A stretch of DNA of 63,723 nt, filler included, from Olpidium bornovanus S191 (lineage: Eukaryota; Fungi; Olpidiomycota): NCBI GenBank assembly GCA_017911155.1. It is 27 parts of 27 records of this genome, joined end to end, with 100 filler letters (N's around TTAATTAATTAA, not from the genome) between each part and the next. Parts side by side here need not be neighbours in the genome. Positions count along the whole stretch, not along the records: positions 12,371 to 15,274 come from JAEFCI010011939.1; positions 15,375 to 17,053 come from JAEFCI010011668.1; positions 17,154 to 21,455 come from JAEFCI010002411.1; positions 21,556 to 22,696 come from JAEFCI010012811.1; positions 22,797 to 24,898 come from JAEFCI010009125.1; 22 more parts are not named here. One strand, written 5' to 3'. This document shows positions 12,371 to 22,819 of this stretch, in pieces; the stretch's first letter is position 1, and each line of letters begins with the position of its first letter. A program made the position numbers and the translations under genes. Under the pieces are notes generated by a model. That model made no database searches and had not been told where the DNA came from. It saw nothing but the letters and a program-made list of their open reading frames with translations.

Positions 12371-12720
12371 ATAAGAGGTACAACGGGTGCAGATCGATAC
12401 ATAGGAGAAGAATCTCAACACTTGAATTGATAACCATGAAATGGTACGCCGGGTATACCATCTGGAGTAGGTATCACATTGCTTGGTCGTTATTTTTGTT
12501 CCACGTCTCGGTGGCAGCTTGTTAAGGCGTCGGGCGTTGCTTGACTGTGCCCCAAAGGCGCTTGGTGATCAAACGTGCCTTGGCTTGAACGCTCCATGAG
12601 CACCAGTCCTTCCCTTTGAACACCGGCAAGGCGATCTTGGCATTGAAACTCGCCATCCCGTCTTTGTTTGGGCTCATAACCTTTGGCAAATGGACGGGGA
12701 GGATGGTAGGGAAGGCCAAA
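12371..12720 (-). mobile_element. Degenerate Ty1/copia 5' region (PBS + gag N-terminus)
   Basis: FKGKDWCSWSVQAKARLITKRLWGTV gag motif with downstream stops. It is preceded by CA-AA-GGTTATGAGCCC on the minus strand. Confidence 0.8.
12670..12681 (-). promoter_or_regulatory. Copia-type primer-binding site (internal tRNA-iMet complementarity)
   Basis: Minus strand reads GGTTATGAGCCC, 2 nt after a CA (putative LTR end at 12684-12685). Confidence 0.75.
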
Positions 12721-13691
12721 TGTGTTTCTCTTCAAAAGAAGAAGGGGATGCAGTTTTTTCAAATTTTGGAGGTCTCGTTCTCGGCGGACATTCACGATCT
12801 GTTTGCTGCAACGGATGCGCCCCGGCGAGAAGAGTTTGCCTGTGTTGACCGTTCGCCGATTGAACGTGTCCCCATTCTGCAGTCGTTAAAAGAAGGCCAA
12901 AAGTGCTCCTTACTGCACAATTGTGTGAACTCTTTCAGTCGTTTAAGATCCGAAGCAAGCCCAACTGCTGCGGTGTCGTTGACGGGTCCCACATCATAAT
13001 CGAGTGACCTGAGATTTTGGGTGTTGAGGGGTACTTCAATCGCAATTCTTACTACAGGCATTGCCTGCAGGCCGGTTGCAATGCGGCCGCAACCAAAATC
13101 TCGGGTAAACGCTGGCGACATCTCTAAGGGAGCGAAGACCACCGAAGGGATGCAACAGGTCATAGGCGGAGCTCATATGCTGGCGGACATCGGTTACTGC
13201 TGAAAACCGGCTGTTATACAAGCAGTCGCTGTATAGGAAGGGCTGACTGTACGCGCACCAACGCCTGAGCATATTCGCACTGCTTCGGGCCTGAACGGAA
13301 CGAATGGTCCAGGAGACACCTGCAGTAGTGGGCACCACACTATTGCAGGAACTAAAGTGGGGGGTGTGGGAAGGGGAGGGAGGAGCCCGTGCCAAACCGC
13401 AACTCTTCCCACAAACATAGGCCAAATCAAATATTGGATTCCTGAAGAACCGCGCCGTTTACCACCTGCCTTCCGCAGACTTGAAAATTTGGATGGCGCC
13501 ACCTGGGCTCCAGGGATGGTCCCGTTTCCGTTTTGGTTTGCTTCTGAGCCAGTGCGTTACAAAAAGGCCTCTGGGAAAGCCGGAAAACTCGGAGCACCGC
13601 CAATTCCGCCCAGGGGTCCGTGCCAGACCAAAAACCCTCTGCCCCTTTACCGGCGCGTCACGGGGCCCTCGGAAAAAAAAAAACGACGGAA

Positions 13692-15274
13692 ATGGCCAAA
13701 GGGAGGAGGACCGAGGGCGACGGTGGCGGCAACGGAACTGCGCCGGAGAAGTCGCCGAGAGAGCCGTCCGGGAGGCTGAATCGACGGCACGGCGGCGACT
13801 CGCGAGCACCGCGCTGGGGGGAACCGGAACCCGAGAACGCCGCCACCGCCCCCGCCGTCACCAGACCGCCGAAGAGGAGGAAGCTTGCGGGTGTCGTCGG
13901 ATGGACGGGAGGTGGTGCGGCGAGGCCGCCGGAGGTGGACGGCGCCGCGTCAACCAGCTGTGGAGGCGACGGTGAGGCCACCTCGTCGTTGTTCGTTCCG
14001 GCGCACGACGATCCGGAACCCGCTGCGGCTGCGGGCGGCGACGGCAACGAAAAACGACTGTCGCGATGTGGTCCTGCCGCGGGGTTTGCGAACCTCCGCC
14101 CCGAGTCCGGAGGCGGTCCGGAGGCTGCGTGCGATTTCTCGGACGGCCGGCAGGACGCCGACGGCGAGTCCGAGGATGTGGACGACGGCAGCAAAAACGG
14201 CGACGCGGGCGCAAGCGCGAGCGCTTCTGCCGCGCCGGACGAAGGCCGCGGCGGCGACCGCGCGGCGAGAAGCCGGCGGCGGGCCCGCGCGCGGTTCAAA
14301 TGCGGCTACGCCGGTTGCGGCAAGGTGTACACCAAGCCGTGCAGACTCGAGGTACACATCCGGAGCCATACCGGAGAGGTAAGAACGTGTTCTCTGCGCT
14401 GTCCGGCGGACGGACGAGGTTTTCCGACCTCCCGTGAAGCTGACCGACCGGGGCGGGGACTGTTTCCGCGAACTCAGCGGCCTTGCGCTTGCCCGTTTCC
14501 GGGGTGCGACAAGAGGTACAGGAAAGTCGAGCACCTCAAGGCGCACATGCATGTCCACGACCCGGAGAACGGAAAGAAGCTCGCGTGCCCGCAGGACGGT
14601 TGCGACAAGCGATTTGCCGCGCGCGCCAAGCTCAAGCGCCACATGCAGACGCATCTGCGGGACAAACCCTTTAAGGTTTTTTTTTTGCGGAGACACTGGC
14701 GGTTGGCGGGCGGCCGTTGCCCGCCGACGAGACGAAGGCCGGGCGTGCGTTTGGTTTGAAATCGCTTTCGTTTGCTAGTATTTCTTACAAAATTTATTCT
14801 TCCCGCGAATTTCAGTGCACGCGGCCGGATTGCGAAGCCTCTTTCGCCAAAAACGCCCAGCTGCGTCGTCACACTTGCGCGCACGACGGCAAATTGCCTC
14901 ACCCCTGCACCCAGCACGGATGCCAACAGAGCTACCCCACCCCGTCGAAGTTGAAACATCATCTCCGCTCGCAACACGGTAAATCCGGGAGGATTCGGGA
15001 ATTGAGGAGGGGAATGAGGTGGGGGGGGGGGGAAAGGTGTTGGGTCGCGCATCTGGCGGTAATGCGGCCCGCCGACGCAGCATCCTTGACCTTTTCGGCC
15101 TGGGGTTTTGCGTTAACAGGGGAATTCAAGTACGTTTGCGCCGACCCCGCGTGCGTTGACCGCTCGTTTCGGAACTGGACTTTGCTGCAGAGCCATATGA
15201 GGGACGAACACCGGCCCGTCTGTCTCAAGTGCGAAAAGACTTTCACGCGGAGGGACAATCTAGTTAAACACATG
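13692..15274 (+). CDS. PZF1: Transcription factor IIIA (C2H2 zinc-finger array), 3' partial
   Basis: Exons 13692-14378, 14478-14675, 14816-14978 and 15120->15274 encode seven C2H2 fingers. FAKNAQLRRH and FRNWTLLQSHMRDEH match the fungal TFIIIA fingers (yeast FYKHPQLRAH, FRIWSQLQSHIKNDH). Confidence 0.85.
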
Positions 15275-15374
15275 NNNNNNNNNNNNNNNNNNNNNNNNNN
15301 NNNNNNNNNNNNNNNNNNTTAATTAATTAANNNNNNNNNNNNNNNNNNNNNNNNNNNNNNNNNNNNNNNNNNNN

Positions 15375-16163
15375 CCATGGCTTTGGAGCGATAAGCTTTT
15401 TTGATATCTTCGTCTGTCGCTTTGGGATGAACTCCTGTGTATGCGAAACAGTACAGAGGAGGGGGAGGAAGCATTGGCACACAGTTCGTTGGCACGCAGA
15501 TACAAAAAGAAATAATCGCGGGAGGAGCACGGTCTCACCAAGTATCTTGTAGTAGCATGTGCGCTCCCCGGGGGGGACATTCTGCGCCGTAGACGCGGCC
15601 GGTTTGGCTCTGCCGTGGTCGTAAGCGGCATCACTAGTTCTCTGGTATGATTCTGAAGTCTTCTTGTCTTCGTGCGCCTGCTGCGAACACCAGTTGGCTC
15701 CGCCGAAACTTTCCGAGCTGGAACCCGCGTGGTACCCGCCGAATGTATTCTGGCCCTGGCCCTGCTGCTGCTGCGAACGGTTGCTGGTCGCACCGGCCGC
15801 CTTCGGCTGGAATGAATTCGGGCCGGCTCCTGCCCTGTCCGCTTCGCCGCGGGCGGGCCTCTGGCGAAAGCGGGAGTTCTTGTCGTCGCCGGCTTGGGTG
15901 TCTGCGGCAGAGCGCAGCTCTTCCCGCGACCGCGAAGCTCGCGGGGCCCCCCGGGCCCGGTCGGTTTCCGCCCGCGGGGTGGCCGTGCGACGGGTCCCGG
16001 AGCTTTTGGGCTGCTGCCTCCGGTCAGCCGCGAGACCTTCGGCGCGCCGCGGCGGCGGCGCCGCGGGGTTCGCCCCTGTACCGTCGCGCACGGCCTGCGC
16101 GGTTCTCCGGGCGCCGCAGCGCTTCTCGCCGTGCGGCTCCTGGTTCAGCTGCGGTCCCCACAT
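15375..16163 (-). CDS. J-domain (DnaJ-family) protein, partial
   Basis: CYYKILG | intron ~15538-15435 | VHPKATDEDIKKAYRSKAM is the start of a J domain, preceded by ~200 aa of low-complexity sequence. Confidence 0.8.
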
Positions 16164-16325
16164 TTTGGTCTTGTTCTCTCAAGGCCCGCGCGAGAAGAGG
16201 GCTTCGAGGCCTCCCGCCGGCCTCGGGGCCCCTTGCAGCAACGGGGTCCGACGACGACGGTTTCCTCCGGCACAGCGCCCCGGCGACCGCAGAACGGACG
16301 TAGACGCAGCCGTGGGCGTGCCCGG

Positions 16326-16326
<1 letters not shown>

Positions 16327-16368
<42 letters not shown>

Positions 16369-16387
16369 GGGCTGGCGGGCTGGCGGG
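16327..16387 (+). repeat. (GCTG)n microsatellite
   Basis: Visible run of GCTG units with GGCG variants. Confidence 0.85.
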
Positions 16388-17249
16388 CTGTCCGGTTGGG
16401 CTGCGGGTTGCTGAGCGCCGGCTGCTGTGGATGGCAGACTTCCCGCACCGAAAGTGGGGGGGGGAGGTTAACTTTGCAACCGCGTTTCCATTCGCTGCAC
16501 CCGGCGGCGGACGTTGAATTACTGATTGTATACAATTTAACTCTTGACCAAATTACACCGCAGCTGAGCTGGATTTGCATGTAGTGCGTTACTAGAATTT
16601 TTACGTAGGTCAAAGACATTTTCTAACCGTCCACTGAATCCCGGACCGAGTTTTTGCAGTGAATCCTGTCCCAAATCCTGAAACGACTTTTCCAGCGCGC
16701 GGTAACCAATCTGGCGCACACCTTGCTGTCCAGTACTTCTTGAGGGGGGGGGCGGGGGGACGCAAATGTGAGTCAAGCAGAAGTGACTCCCTCCGTGACT
16801 CACTTCTGAACATACGCAAACGTATGCTGCGGCCCACTGTTAGCGGGGAGTCAGGTCTGCTGGTGTCGAGATCGGGTTTCCAGGCGCGAGATTCCAGTGG
16901 GACAATGACTGTTCAATGTAGTGTTTTTGATCCATGGAAGGGGCCCGAATAGTATCGAATCCGGACTAGCTGTGAGGACTTCCATATGCAGTTGAATCCA
17001 TTGAGTATGGCCCCTTTTTCTGTTTCTAGGATGTCGGATTCTGGTCCGGTCAGNNNNNNNNNNNNNNNNNNNNNNNNNNNNNNNNNNNNNNNNNNNNTTA
17101 ATTAATTAANNNNNNNNNNNNNNNNNNNNNNNNNNNNNNNNNNNNNNNNNNNNCATGCAAGTTTAAACGGAAAAACGTGCAGAGATAACATACAAAAAAC
17201 TTGCACGTTTATATGTTTATTTGAGTCTTGCTGGCAATGGTGAATAATG

Positions 17250-18157
17250 GCAGACCACCGGAAAAAAGTGCAGAGATAATTCATATTAATGTTTCATCGA
17301 CACACGCAAAATACAGATCAGACGTTGCCACAGTCTAACTTGATTTAAGTATTGAGGCGTTAAGCTTAAAGCAAGTTGGGCTACAGCACTGAGAACGAGC
17401 CTGGTCAGCGCAGCCTCGCTTACCGGTTCGCCCTAATAGAGTTTCAACCCCGTCGTTTTGAGTCATCAAGGAGTACAAAAGGCCAACAAAAATCTATTCA
17501 CGCAACTCCAGACTCTACGAAAATGTGGCGAAGATAATGCCGAAGGTTCGAGTAATGCATATGAGAAGATGTCCGTGAACCGATGACCGTTTGCTCCACA
17601 CATGAATATGAGGTGTTCAACAGAAGGTCTGTTCACCGCGGTATTGCGTCACAGTTTGGAGCTGGCAATAACCCACCAGTATGCTATTGATCCCAAGCGT
17701 TGCCAAAGGAAGCCACGGGTGATGTCATCAATAGCTATAAAAACAAAGGCGGATACATGACCATTGGAAAGGCCCTCACCGAGGACTGGGCGAACGGGAA
17801 CTGCTGTGAGAGTTGTATTTGAAGAGCTCAACAAAAGGCAGGAGGTTCGCACGAAGCTCGAGGACTATATGGTGGGGTGGGACAGGCATGCCGCTGATAA
17901 ATCCAATCAGTGGTGTGTTCGATCTTACAATTGATTATTACATCGACTACATTCAACAGGGACGACTGGTTCGATTGCAAGTCGCTGCAGCTGAAACGAA
18001 CCTACTTCCGAGATTTCTCCGCGGCTATAGGAACGAGAAATATTGGTGTATCGAGGAGGTCGACGACGAGCTTTGCAACCCGTGCTCGGCATTCCTTTTG
18101 GATGTCGACAAGCATTCCGGCCATTGGCTTCTACCCCTTGAAAATTTTCTCCGCTGA
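17250..18157 (+). mobile_element. Highly degenerate DDE integrase remnant (Ginger/KRBA2-like)
   Basis: Across frameshifts: PRRFES-QGVQKANKNL (cf. PRHSQSQGSVERAN), NRRSVHRGI (cf. NRAYHSGI) and downstream GRLVRLQVAAAE. Confidence 0.35.
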
Positions 18158-19479
18158 AGATGCTCCCGGTCCAGAGCATCAATGACGAGCTCGGCGTGTG
18201 CCGAGGAATGGGCAGGAACTGAAAAAAGAAAGCCGAGAACCATTAGTTTAGGAGACCCTCCGCGTTTGCCGGCATCCTGCATTCATTGCAGATTTTATCA
18301 CCCCAGCTGCCTTCTCCGAGAAGGCTCGTGCGGTCCTTTTTCTCCGGGTTCCATACCATGGTGACTAAAGAGCGTGCCGCAAGTCGAACAAACAAGATAT
18401 GGCCAGAAGCTGCGACTCGTTCGAGCCAAAAAAAAAGAAGCGAAACCAGAAGTCCATAACACACCTTTCACCCGAGTGGCATTGCCGTCTGATCCCACCC
18501 TTTCAGCGCAAAGTGAACTCGTCGGCGGCGAGGCGCGGGAGAGGTTCGTCGACGTCACTTGGGAGCAAGCTCTGGGAGGTGAGCGTGCTGTAGTGGAATA
18601 AATGCGAATAGTCGCCATATCTCTAAGCATCACAAGGACAGCCATATTACCTTGAAACTTTTCGTTTGAGAACCGATCGGGGAAGAACGAGACTTGAGCA
18701 GGGGAGAGATTGTGTATGCTCTCCGTCATATTCCGCAAAGGGTTTGTTGCCTTCGCTTTGCGCCCGGCATTCTTCGCGGCTCGGGGCGCACGGGCACCCA
18801 AAGTGTTCGCCAATTGCTAGAAGCAGTGTCGACCACCGCCTGCAGCCTGCCAGAACGGACTCAACGCCGGGAAGAACGTCCAAGCGGGAAAGGTGATAGA
18901 TAGGGCCACAGGCCCCTCAACGCTGGACGCGTGAGGCTCGCAGTGCGAGCATCTGCGCCAGAAACGCAAGGCCTCTTATCAGGAAGGATGGCGCCCCCGC
19001 CTAGCACAAGCGCGTACCACTCGCATACCGAGTGGAGAGCGAGATAGGGCCACAAGCCCTTCGGCGCTGGACACGTGAGGCTCGCAGGGTGAGGATCCGG
19101 CTTCCTGGGCAGGAAGGATTACCCCCTCCTCCCCCCCCTTCCCCCCCGTAACACCGGGAGCAGCAACCACCGGCACCCCCCGTGCTATCCACGGATGCAA
19201 TTCCCGTTTTGTGTTTAGTGATCTGCTTGCGGAGTCGTGCATAAACCGGGGCCCCGCTCCAGCTCAACGAGCTTTCTGTCGAGGTACGCGAGGTAGACGT
19301 CTAGGTAGACGTCCCAATTTTTTTTTTTTTTGTTGGCACGCCGGTTCGGGCGGAGAACGGCTCCCACCTCACTAAACTCGGTGAGGGGCCGGGGCCGGCC
19401 GCCGCAGCCAAGTCAGCTCTGGGATGAAATCCGCTTTCCCCCTTTCGCTGCGCCGCGCCCAGGCCATGGGCACGGCGAA

Positions 19480-21390
19480 AGCATAAGTTGCCGATGATAA
19501 AAGGAGAGTTTGGATCAAAATATTTGATTTGAGGCGCAGCCATCTTTTTTAAGCAGCCGCGGCGCTTGTCTGAGCCCCGGGACGGTCCCGAGCCCGCGTA
19601 AATGCAGAGGGAAAAGATTTTTTTTGGTTCTGTTTCGCCATTTTTTTTCCACTTTCCGCCTGCCGTCAAAAGTTGGTCGTCGTCGGCAGGAGGATGCCCC
19701 TCTGAGTGGGTCCCGGCGGCAGCGGCGTCCACTCGGGCGATGCCGGGGGGGGCGGGTGGTGCGTGGCGCCCTCCTCCTCCAGCCGCCCGTGTTTCCTTCT
19801 CAGCGGTTGATCAGGTTCGCCAGCACTACGCGGCCATGGTGCCGCGGTCGTAGGATTCCGGCGGGGAAAACGCCCGTGGAAAGGAGGTTGGACTCAGGGG
19901 GCGGGGATGGGGCCGCCCTCGGTCGTCCTGCAGGGAAAAAAAAGAAAATCACAAGTAAAAATATCGCCACAAACAACCCCCCCCCCACCGCCGTTGACGC
20001 ACGCGTCGCCGCCGTTTGCAAAGCTCGTGGGGGCAGGATGGCGGTGACGACACAACAAGCACGCGCGGCCTACCAACCCCGCGGCGACGCCGCGCAGGCC
20101 GGGCCGCTCGCTTCGGGCGACGCCGCGCGGCGCGTGGCATGTAAACGGGGAGTGCAGAATGTAAAGGAGAATCTGAGGGAGATGCCGAGGCAGAAATTAA
20201 CCCAGATTCTGACTCAGACTCTGGCGCAGACAGGCCGTCGTCATTTGAAAACCGGGTCGACACGGGGCGCCTTTCCCATGGGCACGGCGACTGGTAATTC
20301 GACTGGTAATCCAACGAACCCGCGGCGTACGTGAAAATGGCGCCCAGCAGTGTCTGATAGTCACAAAATCGGTTTCGGGAAACCTGCACTCGATAAAGGA
20401 AAACGTAAGTGCTCTGTGCGTATACCGCGTAGCACCAGGTGGGCTCAGCACCTGACACCGTCGCCAGCGTCTATAAATTTGGTTGATGTGATTTTTGCCC
20501 TGGGTTATGTAGACCAGGAAAAGCGGAACCACGTCCTGCGGATAAACACGCCCATCACCCTCTTCCCCAACACAAAAAAAACAGCCCTACACACAACGGA
20601 AGAGCCCGAGCAAATCACGAGTAAACAGGAGTAAATCCTGTGCGTAATAGTCGCGAGTATTCCCGTTTTGCCCCCGAGGGAGCATGACTGCGGAAAAGTT
20701 TTAACCTCCCATCGTTCTCGCGAAGCCCCGCTCGAAACGAAAACGCACGCTCTTAAACCCTCACAAAAAAATCCCATACGCACCCTGTCCCGCCGTCCAA
20801 GCAGTGTACGTGCGCGTCAGCAAGTGCACGCATACAAGCATCACCCCCTCCTCCTCCGCGAAGAGAAAATTCCCCCGGCATCTCTCGTCACGAAGACTGA
20901 AAAATAGTACACTTCACTCCGCATGCAGAGAACAGCTCTTCCCCGTCCCGTGACAATCCCCGGTACCCCAAGAACTTCCCTCTTCCCCCCCTCACCACAT
21001 TGGCAACTCAAGGGTAAACAGTCGCAATTCGGCGCGCGTTACGAAAGTGGACAATGGCCCTCCCCCACCAGCCAGCCATGCCCCTTGACCAAAACGATTC
21101 TCCTCTTTTCTGTTGTTAAGGGATCTTGCGCAGGCGCGCATTGTTTTCAGAAAAAGTTAGAGGGTCCCGAATGCGGTGCTTTGGCCGGGCATAGCAGTGC
21201 TTTTGTGGCGGGCGGTCCCGAGACGCCCTCATTCGAAGTGCAGCGAAGCGCGGGCCCGCCCCGCGCAAGCCAGCGTGGAGACTTTTGTGCTTCATATCGC
21301 CTTCGCCACATCTCCCAGGCTGGGTATGTAATAGTCGGGTTTGATAGGCTGCAATGGGTCGAGGATCTCCGTCTCAAGCGAGACACCTGT
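19480..21390 (-). CDS. Unidentified multi-exon gene (candidate exons)
   Basis: Splice-flanked open segments: VSLETEILDPLQPIKPDYYIPSLGDVAK, LRDERCRGNFLFAEEEGVML, DVVPLFLVYITQGKNHINQIYRRWRR, FPETDFVTIRHCWAPFS and PQIKYFDPNSPFII. Family not recognised. Confidence 0.4.
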
Positions 21391-21758
21391 GGACGGCAGA
21401 TAATATGATTTGATCGTGCGGAACGGAGTGAGAGACCGCACCAAATCGGGACATGNNNNNNNNNNNNNNNNNNNNNNNNNNNNNNNNNNNNNNNNNNNNT
21501 TAATTAATTAANNNNNNNNNNNNNNNNNNNNNNNNNNNNNNNNNNNNNNNNNNNNCCATGCTCTCCACTTGGCAAAAAAGATCTCCCTGGCATCGGCCGT
21601 TTCCCACGTCCCGCCGGTCCCGCCGGCCCCTCTCCCGCCCGTCCCGCCTGTCACCGCCCATCCTGCCCGTCGCTGCCCGTCGCTGCCCGTCGCTGCCCGT
21701 CGCTGCCCGTCCGGCCCGTCCTGCCCGTTGCTCCCTGTCCCGCCCGTCCCGCCCGTCC

Positions 21759-22070
21759 AAAATTCAGGGGTTCTGACCAGTCGCGCGTCCGTCGTCACGT
21801 ACGGGTGAACGTGACTCGCGCATCGCAAAAAATCGCAAAAAAAGAGCTCCGCGCGCAAGAAATCGCAAAAAAAAAGAAAGATCCGCGCGTGTTCCGCGCG
21901 CAGAAAATCGCAAAAAAAAGAACTCCGCGCACAATCACAAAAAAAAAATCCGGGCGCGCGCATCGCCTAAAATCGCAAAAAAGCGCAAAGAATCGCAAAA
22001 AAGATCGGCTGACCTTTTTCGTTCCTTCCGCCCTTCCTTCCAAGGCGTCAAAAATTCAGGGGTTCTGACC
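21759..22070 (+). repeat. A-tract/ATCGC repeat array bounded by 21-bp direct repeats
   Basis: AAAATTCAGGGGTTCTGACCA at 21759-21779 and 22050-22070 encloses ~5-6 AATCGCAAAAAAA units. Confidence 0.85.
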
Positions 22071-22374
22071 AAGCCAAAAAAAGACAGAAAAGGAAAGATA
22101 CGTCAGAAGCGGCAGCAAAAATGAAAATAAAAAGAGAGAGAAAAAGAAAAAGAGAAAGAGAAAAAGAAGCCCCATACTTTCCTTCCAGCATGCGGCCTCG
22201 GCGATGGGGCCCATTGGCGGCCATGGCGGCCATGGCGCCCATGCGGCCATGGCGCCCATGCCGCCCAGTGGTCTTAGGTTCATTCTGGGGGCCTCAAAGC
22301 GGCTTACCAAACAAGCCTAAACCCAGCCATGTCTTGTGCGTGTGGGACAAGCTGTGTGGATTTGAAGACAGCCT

Positions 22375-22464
22375 CCATGTTTAAACAGTGCTAAAAGGAG
22401 AAACCGTGTCCTACCTTGGCTCACAAAGCAGCTAGAGACTTGCTTTTTTTTCTGCAGCGTGTCT
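22375..22464 (+). repeat. Dispersed 90-bp repeat, copy A
   Basis: 5 mismatches versus 28523-28612 by manual alignment. Confidence 0.9.
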
Positions 22465-22819
22465 GGCCTCGCCGCTTACCTGCCTGACCTACTCTCTAGT
22501 CTGTGCTCCCCTTGGAGTTGGCTAGGTTCAATGATTCCAGTGTGGAATCATAGAAAGGGCCATGGCGGCCAGGCAAAAACTCCATTATATATCCCACAGT
22601 CCCTCCCACAGTTCAAGCAGCTCGGGGACGGTGCTCCCCGTCCCCGGGCCCCTACCGCTCTTCCCGCTTCCCCCTTTCTCCCTTTTCAAGGGGGCCNNNN
22701 NNNNNNNNNNNNNNNNNNNNNNNNNNNNNNNNNNNNNNNNTTAATTAATTAANNNNNNNNNNNNNNNNNNNNNNNNNNNNNNNNNNNNNNNNNNNNCCCC
22801 CCCGCGTTCCAGGTTAACA

